A DNA stretch of 62,679 bases, counting the filler, from Chiloscyllium plagiosum (Eukaryota): the NCBI RefSeq assembly GCF_004010195.1. It is 4 parts of one record of this genome, joined end to end, with 100 filler letters (N's around TTAATTAATTAA, not from the genome) between each part and the next. Parts side by side here need not be neighbours in the genome. Positions count along the whole stretch, not along the records: positions 1 to 13,576 come from NC_057716.1; 3 more parts are not named here. One strand, written 5' to 3'. Below are positions 1-13,576 of this stretch, piece by piece (the first letter of the stretch is position 1; each line of letters begins with the position of its first letter). The position numbers and the translations under genes are program-made. Below the pieces are notes generated by a model. The model saw only the letters and a list, made by a program, of their open reading frames with translations. It was not told the origin of the DNA and ran no database searches.

Positions 1-1335
1 TTCCTACCCTAGTCATTCTTTTGTTCCTGACATACCTATAGAAAGCCTTAGGGTTTTCCCTAATCCTATCTACTAAGGACCTTTCGTGTCCCCTCCTTGC
101 TGCTTTTAGCTCTCTCTTCAGGTCCTTCCTGGCTACCCTATAACTCTCAATCGCGCCAATTGAACCTTCACGTCTCATCTTGAGATAGGCCGCCCTCTTC
201 TATTTAACAAGGGATTCCAATTCCTTATTAAACCACGGCTCCCTCACATGACCCTTTCCTCCCTGCCTGACAGGTACATACTTCTCAAGGACACTCAATA
301 GTTGCTCCTTGAACAAGCTCCACATATCAATTATGCCCTTGCCTTGAAGCTTACTTTTCCAGGCCACACATCCTAAGTCATGCCTCACAGCATCATAATT
401 TTCCTGCCCCCATCTATAACTCTTGCCCTGTAGTGCACACTTATCCCTCTCCATCACTAGAGTAAAAGTCACTGAATTGTGGTCACTGTCCCCAAAGTGC
501 TCACCTACCTCTAATTCTAACACCTGGCCTGGTTCGTTACCCAGAACCAAATCCAGTATGGCCTCACCTCTTGTTGGCCTGTCTACATATTGTGTCAGGA
601 AACTCTCCTGGACACATTGAACAAACACTGACCCATCTAACGAACTTGAGCTATAGCTTTCCCAATCAATATCAGGTAAGTTAAAGTCCCCCATAACAAC
701 CACTCTATTACTTTCACTCTTCTCTTGAATCATCCTCGCAATCCTTTCTTCTGCGTTTCGTGGACTATTAGGAGGCCTGTAAAAAACTCCTAACTGGGTG
801 AGCTCACCTTTCCTATTCCTAACCTCAGCCCAAACTATCTCAGATGGCGAGTCTTCATTCATCGTCCTTTCCACAGCTGTAATACTATCTTTGACAAGTA
901 ATGCCACACGTCCCCCTCTTTTACCCCCACCTCTGACCCTACCAAAACATTTAAACCCTGGCACCTGCAACAGCCAATCCTGTCCCTGTTCTACCCATGT
1001 CTCTGTAATAGCCACAACATCGAAATCCCAGGTACCAACTCACGCTGCAAGTTCACCTACCTTATTTCGTATACTTCTTGCATTGAAGTATACACACTTC
1101 AAGCCACTTTCCTGTTTACAGGCACCCTCCTTTGAGATTGATGCCATGTTCCTAACCTCCCTACACTCCAGGTCCTGCACCCTAAAGCTACAGTCTAGGT
1201 TCCCATGCCCCTGCAGAGTTAGTTTAAACCCCCCCCAAGAGCACTAGCAAACCTCCCGCCAAGGATACTGGTGCCCCTCAGGTTCAGGTGTAGACCATCC
1301 TGTTTATAGAGATCCCACCTTCCCCAGAAAGAACC
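1..1335 (-). mobile_element. CR1-type LINE: end of ORF1 (esterase-like) and apurinic endonuclease of ORF2
   Basis: ORF 200..1015 has ITETW, YRPP, MGDFN, LDLVL and SDHN motifs; upstream DGLHLN. Confidence 0.92.
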
Positions 1336-1339
1336 TCTT

Positions 1340-1885
1340 ACTAATCAAGAACCTATCTCGGTTTTAAATACATTCAATGACTTGGCCTCCATAGCCCTCC
1401 GCATGAATGAGTTTCACTGATTAACTACCTTCTGACTGAAGAAACCTCCCCTCAACTCAATTCTAAAAAGGTCACCCCTTCACTCTGAGGCTGTGCCCTC
1501 AGGTCCTAGTCTGTCCTACTAATGGACACATCTTCTCCATGATCCACTCTGTCTAGGCCTGTCCGTATTCTGTAAGGTTCAATAAGATCCCCCTCCCCTC
1601 ATCCTTCTCAACTCGATTGAGTACAGATCCAGAATCCTCAACCACTCCTTGTATGACAGGCCTTTCCATCCCTGGGATCATTTTTGTAAACCTCCTCTGG
1701 ACTCCCTCCAACACTACCATATCCTTCCTTAGATATGGGGCCCAAAACTGCGTACAATATTCCAAATGCAGTCTGATTAGAGCCTTATACAGCCTCAGCA
1801 ATAAATCTCTGCTCTTGTATTCTAGTCCTTTTGAAATGAATGCTAACACTGCATTTGCCTTCCTAAATGCCAACTGAACCTGCAT
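1340..1885 (-). mobile_element. CR1 LINE ORF2 C-terminal fragment
   Basis: LYKALIRLHLEYCTQFWAPY...QRRFTKMIPG. Confidence 0.88.
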
Positions 1886-2099
1886 ATTTGTAGAGAATTG
1901 ATTTTCTAGTTGGTCAAAGATGACGTAAATATTAAAGTTGCATTAATCTTAACAAAAAGATGCAAACTGTGGAAGTGGTGGTGAATGGATGCAAGATTAG
2001 CAATATCATGAAAGATAAATGGTACTTTTTAAAAAAGGTTTAGGAAGAAAGGGACAGATGGGATAAGATTCTAGGATTCTGGAGTGGCTGAGAAGAAGC

Positions 2100-2500
2100 T
2101 GCCAAGGCTCCTGTACTTCCACTTGAGTTTGTGTTTCATTGGACATTGATGGACTGGAGAGTGGCCAACATAGCACCCATTATTACAAAGGGAGACAGAG
2201 TCAATCCAGCTAATTACAGGAATCCCAGTTTAACATCTGTGGTAGATCAAATTACAGAGTACTTAATTAAAAATGAAATTACCACCTGTCTAGTTAAAAG
2301 ATCAAATAGTTAGATTTCAAAAGAGATGCCTGTATTTACTAGATATTATTATTCAGCCAGAGAGAAATCTTTGAGGATGGCAGATGGGGAAAGATAGTGT
2401 ATATGGACTTTACTGATGTTTGCACATGGTACCATACAAGAGATTAGTGCAGCAAATTAAGGGGTATAGAATTAGAAGGAGAATTGCAATAAATGTCAAC
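2100..2500 (+). mobile_element. Degenerate CR1 reverse transcriptase fragment
   Basis: DWRVANIAPI..KGDR..PANYR..SLTSVV. Confidence 0.7.
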
Positions 2501-3089
2501 ATGGGAGGTGGTAAGATGGTATAGAGTACTATTTAAGACAAATTTTTCCAGAATAGTTGTAAGTGGCAGTGTGAAGGAAACTTTCCACAGTAATATTCTT
2601 TCAGCCCAATAAAAAAAGCACTCCTCGGCTTGGTTCTTGGATGTAGGCCAAGTGGATCAAATGTTAGTGAGAAAATATTCAGGGGCATGGAATAGGGCAA
2701 GGAACAATCCAGAGTTAGAATAATTAACTAGGAGAAAGCCACCTTCAACGGGGAGAGAATACATCTTGCCAAGATCGAATGAAATGACAGATTGGTATTG
2801 AAAACAGTATCTGAACAATGGCTGCCTTTAGAGAAAAGATAGTTCAGACACAAACAAGGTATAATCACAAAGAAGAAAGGCAGGGCAAACAAATCCAGAT
2901 CTCCTGGATCTCCAGCATCTAGGCCTGAATGTCACACAATAGGAAAGATGAAAGGCATTTAACAGAATGTCAAAAAGATTCATGAGAATAGTTTCATGAA
3001 TGAGGAACTTCGGCTTATAGCTAAATTGGCAAAGGTTGAGAAGAGTTTTGTTAAAGGCATTAAAATGGATGAGAGCGGTGTAGATAGAG

Positions 3090-3736
3090 TAAAACTATCC
3101 CTTAAAATGGCCACCCAAGTGGACAGGGTTGTTAAGAAAGCATATGGTGTTTTGGCTTTCGGGGGATTGAGTTTAAGAGTCGTGAGATCTTGTTGCAGCT
3201 CTATAAAAGTTTGGTTAGACCGCACGTGGAATACTGCGTCCAGTTCTGGTCACCCTATTATAGGAAAGATGTGGATGCTTTGGAGAGGGTTCAGAGGAGG
3301 TTTACCAGGATGCTGCCTGGACTGGAGGGCTTATCTTATGAAGAGAAGTTGACTGAGCTCGGACTTTTTTCATTGGAGAAAAGGAGGAGGAGAGGGGACC
3401 TAATTGAGGTATACAAGGTAATGAGAGGCATAGATAGAGTCGATAGCCAGAGACTACGTCCCAGGGCAGAAACGACTAACACGAGGGGTCGTAGTTTTAA
3501 GCTGGTTGGAGGAAAGTATAGAGGGGATGTCAGAGGCGGGTTCTTTACACAGAGTTGTGAGAGCATGGAATGCGTTGCCAGCAGCAGTTGTGGAAGCAAG
3601 GTCATTGGGGGCATTTAAGAGACTACTGGACATGCATATGGTCACAAAAATTTGAGGGTGCATACATGAGGATCAGTGGTCGGCACAACATCGTGGGCTG
3701 AAGGGCCTGTTCTGTGCTGTACTGTTCTATGTTCTA
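3090..3736 (+). mobile_element. 5'-truncated CR1 LINE with 3' tail
   Basis: ORF 3190..3618 LYKSLVRPHVEYCVQFWSP...RGDLIEVYK; ends in tgttcta repeats. Confidence 0.9.
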
Positions 3737-4155
3737 AAACTGTTCCCATTTCTGGAGGGTTTGAGTACTAGAGGGTACAGATTTAACATAACTGCCAAAA
3801 CAATCAATGATGACATGAGGAAAAATGTTTTTACACAGTGATGCATTAGGATTTGGAATGTGCTGCCTGAAAGTGGAGTGAAGGCAGGTTCGATCGAGGC
3901 ATGCAAGACAGAATCTCTTTATTGAGATCCGAAGCTGGGACACCGCACAAACCTGCAAGGAAATGCAGAGACACAGAAATTATGTAAGCAGAGTATAAGG
4001 CTCGGGGCCTGTCCTTACTTGGAACAGAGGAGAGAGAGCTGTACAAGGAAACACACCAGGGAAAAAGTCAGGATATAAACAGAGCACAGGCCCGGAACCT
4101 AAATTAAGCTGGAGAAAGACCACTGAGTTACTGTTGCCACTACAGCTCCAGAATA

Positions 4156-4373
4156 CAGGTAGTTCTTCTATAACATGATGGTTGCATTTTTGTGCAACCC
4201 CACATTATAGAAAAATCGCACTTTAGAAACAGCACTTAATGTGTTGGCGCTTTAATCGCGTTACAGCCAATACACATCTTAAAAGTTCATGCTTTAGAAA
4301 CAGTGTCTCCAATTTGTCAATTGCATTACAGCAATTTCACGTTAAAGAAATGCACGTCATAGCAGAACAGCCT
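4156..4373 (-). mobile_element. Tc1/mariner-type MITE, same family as 33602-33819
   Basis: Begins ta|CAGGTAGTTCTTCTATAAC; other end is the reverse complement of the start of the 33602 copy. Confidence 0.65.
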
Positions 4374-4764
4374 TGGCAAAGAAGTGATATCACATCAAAA
4401 TCTAAGTATCCAATGTAAGGGTTGTTTGCAAAAGGCTAGATTCATTGCAACTAACTGCAAGGTAATCTATTCCCTATATTCCAGTCTTCAGCTTAAAGTA
4501 AATTATCTGCAAGTAAGCTTAAGGCATGGAAGAAGCTGCAAGGAATGCCCTTTCTATGCTATGTTGGAGTCATGGGTGCTTCATCTGGCCTGGATAACCA
4601 TAAGTGTGGGAAGTGTCCACAATTACAGTCTGTGAAACACCCAAGAACCACAGAGATAACACTGCAGATCAAGAGCAGGCAGGCAAAAATGGAATGAGCG
4701 ATTGCTAGATAGTCAAGGAAGATCAGACAGATAGTATTGCTGGCATGGGGTAATGGCTGATCAT

Positions 4765-6600
4765 AAGAACATAGCAAGTGCCATATATCATGGGAAAAAA
4801 CCTTCCGTTCAACTTGTCCATGCCATAAACTAGTCCCATTTGTCTGCATTTAGCCCATATCCCTCTAAACCCTTCCTATTCATGTACCTGTCCAAATGTC
4901 TTTTAAATATTGTAATTATACCCACTTCTACCACTTCATCTGGCAGTTCATTCCACATACGCACCCAGCCTCTCTATGAAATAGTTACCCCTTAGATCCC
5001 TTTTAATTTTGTTTCCCTTTCACCTTAAACCTCAGCCTGCAAGGTTTGAACTCCCTGACCCTAGACTATTCATCTTATCGAAGCCTGTCAAGATTTTATA
5101 AACCTCTATAAGGTCACCCCTCAATCACCTACACTCCAGTGAAAACAGTCCTAGCCTATGGAGACTTTCCTTATAATGCAAGCCTTCCATTTTCAGTTAC
5201 ATCCTCGTAAATCTTTTCTGCATCCTTTCCAGTTTTAATAACATCCTTACTATAGCCGGGCAACCAGAATTGCACACAGTATTCCAACAGTGGCCTCACC
5301 AATGTCCCGTACAGCTGCAACATGACATCACAACTTCTGTACTCAATGCTCTTACCAATTAAAGGTAAGCATGCCAAACACCTTCTTCACTGCCCTATCT
5401 ACCTGCGACAACACTTTCAGGAACTATGTACCTGAACTCCCAGGTCTCTCTATTCGTCTATACTCCCCAAGAACCTACCATTAACTGTGCAAGTTCTGCC
5501 CTGGTTTGTCTTACTAAAATGCTAAAAATCACACAACACCAGATTATAGTCCAAAAGGTTTATTTGGAAGCACTAACTTTCCGAGTGCTGCTACTTCATC
5601 AGGTGGTTATATAGAAGCAGCGCTCTGAAAGCTGGTACTTTCAGATAAACCTGTCGGACTATAACCTGGTGTCTTGTGATTTTTAACTCTGTCCACCCCA
5701 GTCCAACACCAGCACCTCCTCATCATTACTAAAATGCAACACCTTGCATTTATCTAAATTATACTCCATCTGCCATCCTTTGGCTATTGGCGTAGCTGAC
5801 CAAGATCCCATTGTACTCTTAAATGACCGTCTTCACTGTCCAATATACCACCAATTTTGGTGTCAACCAAATTGTTCATATAAATGACAAACAGCAGTGG
5901 ACCCAACATTGATCTGGCAGAACTCTACTGGTCACAGGCCTCCAGTCTGAAAAACAACCTTCTACAGTCAAGCCAATTAGCTCGCTCTCCTTGCATCCCA
6001 TGAGATCCAACCTTACTAACCAGTCTATCATGCAGCACCTTGTCAAACGCCTTGCTGAAGTCCATGCAGACAATGTCTATCGCTTTGCTCTCATTTATCC
6101 TCTTGATCATATCTCAAAAAATTCAATCAAGTTTGTGACACACGATTTCCCACACACAAAGGCATGTTGGCTATCCTTAATCAGTCCTTGCCACTCCAAA
6201 TACATGTAAATCCTGTCTCTGAGAATTCCCTCCAAAACTTACCCACCACTGATGAAAGGCTTAAGGATCTATAGTTCCCTGGATTCTTCTTGCAGCCTTT
6301 TTCTTTAAATAAAGGCACGGCATTAGCCACCCTCCAGTCTTCTGTCACCTCACCCATGTCTATCAATGATATAATATCCCTGCTAAGCCTCACAATGTCT
6401 CCCCTGGCTTCCCACAATATCCTGGGATACACTTGATCAGGTCCTGGGAATTTACCCACCTTTAGGCATTTTAAGACCTCCAGAACATCCTTTTTGGTGA
6501 TGTGTACTCTTTCCAAGATAACCACTATTTAGTTCATGGACTTCCCTAGCTTCTGCATCTTTCTCCACAGTAATTTGTTTGGTATTTCACCCATCTCCTG
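4765..6600 (-). mobile_element. Degenerate CR1 LINE (RT to 3' tail), interrupted by a PLE fold-back
   Basis: PGPDQVYPRIL, DWRVANAVPLFK, MDFSKAFDKV, LEYCVQFW in shifting frames. Confidence 0.9.
5523..5725. mobile_element. Short fold-back PLE-terminus element (family B)
   Basis: Inverted arms; TSD ttactaaaatgc at 5511-5522 and 5726-5737. Confidence 0.8.
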
Positions 6601-6689
6601 TGGCTCCACACATTGTCAGTCTCATTGATTGTTATGGGGCACTATTTTCTCCCTAGCTTCTTTTTTTGCTCTGAATGTACTTGCAGAAC

Positions 6690-7570
6690 TCTGAACAGCC
6701 AAGTTTGAGTAACCACAAGCAGTTCAGCTGCATAGCTGGGGCTAAAGAAGGATGGACGGACAATACTCAGACAAATTGACAGTTAAAGGATCATGAAAAG
6801 CAGGAGATCTAAGACTGTGATCTCAGGATTACTTCCAATACCACTGAGTATAAAACTAGAAAGGTGAGCTACTGAACACATGGTTGGAAAAAATGGATCA
6901 GGAAGGAGGACATTAGACTTCAGGAAGTTAGGAAGAAAAGATAGCAATCTTGAAATATAGAGGCAGAGAAAGGTGGAGAGGTGTGTAGAGATAAAAAGAA
7001 TGAGAGAGATAAACAGACATGGTTGGAAAAATGGGTCAAAAAGGAGGACATTAGATTTCTGGGGTATTGAGACCTGTACTTGGAGTACACATTATACCTT
7101 AGCAGGACCTAATATTCTTGCAGTGGGATTTGCTAGTGCTGTTAGGGAGAGTTTAAACTCGATTGTCAGGGGAATAAGACCTTAGAAGGAATTCAGATAG
7201 AATTTTTTAACAAAACGCTGGCTCTCTGAAGTAGAACAGCTGTAAATGAAAATAGAAAGCAGCAGAAACGAGTTCTTAAGATCAAGCAGGGTCAAACTAC
7301 AGATATGTTAAAAAGGCAGAATTAAAAGCACTCTGAATGCATGCAGGATTTGCAACTCGATTGGTGAATTGATGACAAAAACAGATATGAAAGAGAATGA
7401 TTCAATTGCCGTTATCACATGATGGTTGCAGATTTACCAAGATTGGGAACTAATACTAAAAGATATTCAACATGCGAAAAATAGGCAACTAAGGAGGGGT
7501 ATAGCTGACAAAAAGGGATTGGATTGGTGTATTAGCAAAATAGGATCTCCAATCGACAGAACAAGATGTA
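6690..7570 (+). mobile_element. Highly degenerate CR1 ORF1/ORF2 5' region
   Basis: GPNILAVGFASAVRESLN (ORF1 end) followed by endonuclease-like remnants. Confidence 0.55.
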
Positions 7571-7993
7571 GAAACTGCAGGTTCTCTTCACTCAAGCCTT
7601 GTCTGTTTGTTCTCTCTTATTCTTTTTATCTCTACACTCCTCTCCACCTTTCTCTCCCTCTAAATTTCAAGATTGTTATCTTTTCTCCACAACTTCCATT
7701 TGTTCCCTCAATCTAATCTTTCTTTTCTCTCGGTGATCTTTTCAACAATTTCAATCTTTTTTCTCACTCCTCACTTTTTTGCCATTCTTACTCATTTTCT
7801 CTCTATCCTGTTCTCATGCTATGTTGTAGCAGTTCCCTCCTGTGATAGTTTTACTTAAGATCAACACACAGTTTGTTCCGTGGAGGAGCTGGTCAGACAT
7901 GAGGGCCATTTGGGATAGAGATTGTTTCAGTCTCAATGTTAGAAAATAATAAAAGCTCTTGTCTTTTCTTTGGAATAAAGTATCTGCATTTAC

Positions 7994-8098
7994 CTTGGCG
8001 ATGTCTTGGCCATCAATTTTAATGCAGCCTCCCTTGACATCATAAAATCGGAAGAGCAATCGGATGATGGTGCTTTTCCCTGACCCGGAGGGGCCAAC
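7994..8098 (-). CDS. ABCB6: ABCB6 coding exon with Walker A motif (about exon 14)
   Basis: ctctag|...|gtaaat; 105 bp; [35 protein letters not shown]; all eight exons chain in frame. Confidence 0.96.
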
Positions 8099-9624
8099 CT
8101 AGAGTAAAATATAAATAGTGGACTGTTTAGTTAATGAATAATGTTCTATGCTGAACAAAGTTCAATAATCTGTTTTCTTGTACTTGTGATTTAAAATATT
8201 TGTCTCATTAAATGTACACAAATGACATATGCATTTTTCATCTTATTCACTTTAATAGACCAACCCAAAAAAAACAAACAAATTTTATCTTGCCTCTTAA
8301 CAGGAAATTTGCTCCGAAAATGAAGGAAAGAATAACAGGTCCAGTTGTGGCAGTGAAAGATTGATTGGGATGGGATAGGGAAAGGCTCAATGCAATAACT
8401 GGAAAATGTGGTAGAGATGTGCAAGTAGGGTAATAGGTTTATATGAAGACAGGACAAACTTATAAACTGCATGTTAGAAGAGAACTAGTTGGGATCTATA
8501 TGAGTCCATCCTATTGCAAAAATCACTTCTGGCATAAATTGATGTTCTCCACTTTCTCGTAGACTTTTGATTCAAGTTCCTTCTTGGAATGTGGCCAATG
8601 CCATAAGACTGCATTCATTGCTCATCCCTTAATGATGTGGTGGGTCTTCTCTTTGAGCCATAGCATAATGATGTGGTCAAGAACAAGAACAAGGAACGAT
8701 ACAGTATAGAAACAGGCCCTTTGGCCTTCAGTGGATACTGCCCATGAAAATAAAGATCATGGTCCATGTGCTTGATTTGAGTCAATCATATAATTTATCA
8801 CTATAGAAGACATAAATAATGTTCACAAAATACTTGTAAATTAAGTAGTGAAAGGGACAGAGAACTTCAACTTATTTAGGAAACAATGTATTTTCTTTGG
8901 AGGCAGTTCTGAGAAGGTTCATGAGGATGATCCTGGGTATGGAGTAATTGTCTTAGGAGCAAAGGTCAAAAAGATTGTGACTCCATTCACTGGAGTTTAG
9001 AAGAATGAAAAATAATCTTATTGAAACGTACAGGATTCTTAAGGCAGTTGTTAGGGCAAATACTGGGAGGATGGTTCCACTTGTGGGATTTATGGTAAAA
9101 TCACAGTGAAGTGAACATGAGGAATGCTGGAACAGCCATGATTGGTGAAGCAGGCTTAAGGAGCCTAACAGCCTCCTCCTGTATATTTTCCTTATGGTTT
9201 TAACAGTAGCACAACAGGACAACTGTATAATCACCAGGAAATGAACACTGAGAAATACTTTTAGAACTAAAAGGTGACAAATCCCAGAAACCTGATTGGT
9301 CTCATCCCAAGGTCTGAAAAGAAGTGGCTGCAGAGAGTAGCTGCATTGCTTTAATTTTCCAAAAATTCCCAAGATTCTGGAAAGCTCCTATCGGTTTAGA
9401 AAATAGCAAATGTAACACCTTTTAATCAAACGAGGATGAAGAAATAAATCAGAAAATCACAAACCCGTTGGTCAAACATTTGTGAAAGGTTAGAATCTAT
9501 TGGTAAGGAGGTTATTGCAGATCGCTCAGAAAATTTTAACGAAATGGTTTTGTGAAAAGAAAGTAATGTTCAACTGCACTTATTAAAGCTCTTTGAGGAA
9601 TTAACAAGCAACATCAATAAAAGG

Positions 9625-9834
9625 GAACAAAAATAGAAATTGCTGGAAAAGCTCAGCAGGTCTGGCAGCCTCTGTGGGGAGCAATCAGAGTTAATGTTTC
9701 GAACCGAGTGACCTTCCTCAGAACTATTCTCAACCCAAAACGTTAACTCTGCTTTCTCTCCACAGGTGCTGCCAGACCTGCTGAGCTTTTCCAGCAATTT
9801 CAGTTTTAAAGCATCCGTTGTTCTTTTAGTTTTT
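9625..9834. mobile_element. Short fold-back element (family C, PLE-terminus-like)
   Basis: gaaattgctggaaaagctcagcaggtctggcagc and its reverse complement; TSD atcaataaaagg at 9613-9624 and 9835-9846. Confidence 0.8.
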
Positions 9835-10109
9835 ATCAATAAAAGGTAAATTGATTTGGTCTACCTGGATACCACAAGGCTTTTGATAACGTGCTATATC
9901 CAAGGTTACTGCGTAAAATAACAGCTCATGATATAGGATGTAACATCTAGCCATGTGGCACATCCCTGATGGGAAGAAATATGACCAACTTAAATCACTA
10001 GGATGGTCAATGCTCGACTGTGCCCAATATCTAAGATAAACCCACAGCAGATTTCATCAAGGAACAAAAAAACCATATACTTTAGTTATTTAGTCATAAG
10101 ACACTTTGC

Positions 10110-11060
10110 TGACAAGACAGCATTTTTACTGCCCATCCCTAGTTGCCCCTTGAGAAGGTGGGGTTGAGCTGTCTTCTTGAATCGCTGCAGTCCATGTGCT
10201 GTACTTAGATCCACAATGCCCTTAGGGAGGGAATTCCAGGATTTTGGCCTAGTGACAGTGAAAAACGGCGATATAGTTCCAAGTCAGGATGGTAAGTGGC
10301 TTGAAAGGGAACTTGCAGGTGGTGGTGTTCCCATGTATCTGCTGCCCGTGTCCCTCTGGATGGAAGTGGCTGAGAGTTTGGAAGGTGCTGAGGATCTTTG
10401 GTGAATTTCTGCAGCGCATCTTGTAGCTCGTACACTGCTGCTACTGAGCATTGGTAGTGGAGGGATGCAGTGCCAATCAAGCTTGCTGCTGCATCCTGGA
10501 TGGTGTCAAGCTTTTTCAGTGTTGTTGGCGTTACACCCACCCAGGCAAATGCAGGAGTATTCCATCACACTCCTGACTTGTGCCTTGTAGATGAAGGACA
10601 GGCTTTGGGGAGTCAGGAGGTGAGTTACCTGGTGCAGTATTCTTAGTCTCTGACCTGCTCTTGTAGTCACTGTACTTTTGTGACGAGTTGACTTTCAAAG
10701 GTAATCCTAAGAATGTAGGTAGTGGTGGATCCGTTGATGGCAACACCTCTGAATGTCAAGGGGCAGGGGTTAGATTATTCCTTATTGGAAATGGTCATAG
10801 CCTGGCATTTGTGCAGCACAAACGTTACTTGTCACCCCAAACCTGGATATTGCCAAGATCTTGTTGCATGTTAACATGAACTCCTTGCTGCCACACTCGA
10901 TCAAATATGGCCTTGATGTCAAGGGCAAACACTCTCACCTCACCTCCATGTTTGAACCGAAGCTATAATGCAGTCAGGAGCTGAGTGGCCCTGACAGAAC
11001 CCAAACTGGCTGTCACTGAGTAGGTGCTGCTCAATATCACTACTGATGACAACTTCCATC
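10110..11060 (-). mobile_element. CR1/L2-group LINE, same family as 58470-61545
   Basis: TTLKKLDTIQD..AA.LIG; shared 3' tail gggcaactagggatgggca. Confidence 0.8.
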
Positions 11061-11286
11061 ATTCTATATATACTATAACAGAGTCACAGAGTTATGGGGC
11101 ACAGAAACAGCAATATTTCTCCTTGGGAAAGCAGCCAACATAATCAAAGACTCCTCCTACCCCAGTTATACTCTAGAACATAGAATATTACACTGCAGTA
11201 CAGGCCCTTCACCCCTCGATGTTGAGCCAACCTGTGGGACCAATCTAAAGCCTACCTATCCTACACTATTCCATTTTCATCCATAT

Positions 11287-11382
11287 AGCTGTATTCCTGA
11301 TGAAGGGCTTTTGCCCGAAACGTTGATTTTCCTGCTCCTCGGATGCTGCCTGAACTGCTGTGCTTTTCCAGCACCACTCTAA
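11287..11382 (+). mobile_element. PLE-terminus insertion (family A) carrying a hammerhead motif
   Basis: 17-bp TSD tccatttt(c/t)atccatat at 11270-11286 and 11383-11399. Confidence 0.78.
11297..11324 (+). ncRNA. Minimal type I hammerhead ribozyme motif (PLE family A)
   Basis: CTGATGA-A-GGGC TTTT GCCC-GAAAC-GTT; ACGT palindrome in place of stem III. Confidence 0.75.
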
Positions 11383-12598
11383 TCCATTTTTATCCATATG
11401 TTTATCCAATGACCATTTAAATTCCCTTAAAGTTGGCAAATCTACAACTGTTGCAGGCATTGCATTCCACGTCCCTACTGCTCTGAGTAAAGAAACTACC
11501 TCTGACATCTGTCCTATATCTATCACCCCTCAATTTAAAGCCATGTTACCTCATGCTAGCCATCACCAACCGAAGAAAAATGGTCATACTGACCACCCTA
11601 TCCAACCCTCTGGTTTTCCTCAATTAAGTCATCTCTCAATCTTCTTCTAACAAAAACAGCCTGAAGTCTCTCAGCCTTTCCTTAGAAGACTTCCCTCCAT
11701 ACCAAGCAAAATCAGAGTAAATCTCCTCTGAACGCTTTCCAAAGCCTCCACATTCATTATCCTTCCTATAACGCGGTGACCCCCAGGACTGTACGCAATG
11801 CTCCAAGTGTGGCCGCATCAGAGTTTTGTACAGCTGCAGCATGACCTCATAGTTCTGAAACTCAATCCCTCTACCAATATAAGCTAACACACCATATGCC
11901 TTCTTAACAATCTTAGGAGCAAGAAAATCGACGTTTCAAGCAAAAGCCCTTCGTTGATTTTTGTTGATTTTCCTGCTCCTCGGATACTGCCTGACCTGCT
12001 GTGCTTTCCCAGCACCACTCTAATCTTGACTCTGATCTCCAGCATCTGCAGTTCTCACTTTCACCTTCTCAACAATCATAACAACCTGGGTGGCAACTTT
12101 CAGGGATCTATGTACATGGACACCGAGATATCTCTGCTCATCTACACCACCAAGAACCTTACCATTAGCCGAGTGCTCTTTAATGCAGTAAAGTGTGAGA
12201 TGATTCACTTTGGAAGGAGCAACAGGATTAAACTCCATTTGCCACCTTTCAGCCCAGTTCTGCAGCTTATGTATGTCCCTCTGTAACCTGCAACATCCTT
12301 GAGTACTATCCACAACTCCACTGACCTTAGTGTCATTCACAAATTTACTAACCCATCCTTCTATGCCCTCATCCAGGTCATTTATAAACATGACAAACAG
12401 CAGTGGACCCAAAACAGATCCTTGCAGTACAGCACAGCACAGGTAACTGAACTCCACGATGAACATTTCCCATCATCCACCATCCTCTGTCTTCTTTCAG
12501 CTAGCCAACTTCTGATCCAAACTGCTAAATCACCCTGTTCCACCATCTTCCATTGGGCAGAAGATGCAAAGGTTTGAAAACATGTACTAACAGATTTA

Positions 12599-12814
12599 TA
12601 GAGGAGAAAGTGAGAACTGCAGATGCTGGAGATCAGAGTGGAGAGTGTGGTTCTGGAAAAGCACAGCAGGACAGGCAGCATTCAAGGAGCAGCAGAATCG
12701 ACATGTCGGACACAAGCCCTTCATCAGGAATTACGCCTGAAACGTCAATTCTGCGTATCCTGCGTCTCGGATGCTGCCTGACCTGCTGTGCTTTTTCAGC
12801 ACCACACTCTCTAC
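12599..12814. mobile_element. Short fold-back PLE-terminus element (family A)
   Basis: Inverted arms; TSD actaacagattta at 12586-12598 and 12815-12827. Confidence 0.8.
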
Positions 12815-12996
12815 ACTAACAGATTTAAAAACAGTTTTTTCCTCACTGTTATCAGATTTATAAATGGATCTCTCATATATTAAAGTTGATCTCTGCACCT
12901 TTGCATTCGGCTCTATTACCCTGATGTACTTATATAAGGTATGGTTTGTCTGGTGAGCACTCAGAAAAATACTTTTCAGTGTATCTCAGTACATTT

Positions 12997-13576
12997 CATA
13001 GAGTCATAGAGATGTACAGCATGGAAACAGACCCTTCGGGTCCAACCTGTCCATGCCGATCAGATATCCCAACCCAATCTAGTCCCACCTGCCAGCACCC
13101 AGCCGATATTCCTCCAAATTATTCCTATTCATATATCCATCCAAATGCCTCTTAAATGTTGCAATTGTACCAGCCTCCACCACTTCCTCTGGCAGCTCAT
13201 TCCTTACACTTACCACCCTCTATATGTAAACATTGCCCCTGAGGTCTCTTTTATATCTTTCCTCTCTCACACTAAACCTATGCCCTCTAGTTCTGGACTC
13301 CCCGACCCCAGGGAAAAGTCTGCCTATTTACCCTATCCATGCCTCACATAATTCTGTAAACCTCTATAAAGGTCACCCCTCAGCCTCTGACGCTCCAGGG
13401 AAAACAGTCCCAGCCTGTTCAGCCTCTCCCTGTAGCTCAAATCCTCCAACCTTGGCAACATCCTTGTAAATCTTTTCTGAACCCTTTCAAGTTTCACAAC
13501 ATTTTTCCGATAGGAAGGAGACCAGAATTGCACGCAATATTCCAACAGTGGCCTAACCAATGTCCTGTACAACTGC
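12997..13576 (-). mobile_element. CR1 LINE 3' end
   Basis: YRTLVRPLLEYCVQFWSPSYRK; tail ctctatgactctatg. Confidence 0.9.

Larger units (their letters stand above)
11170..12540 (-). mobile_element. CR1 LINE 3' half with nested PLE-terminus insertions
   Basis: QGSVLGPLLF.MFINDLD, KFVNDTK, LYKTLMRPHLEHCVQ; tagaacatagaa tail. Confidence 0.88.

Noticed and set aside
200..1015. Domesticated endonuclease gene
   Set aside because: Ordinary CR1 ORF2 segment that stops at 200, with element homology continuing past the stop
1..7993. Next ABCB6 exon (Q-loop, VVPQD-type motif)
   Set aside because: Not found by eye; probably beyond the window start
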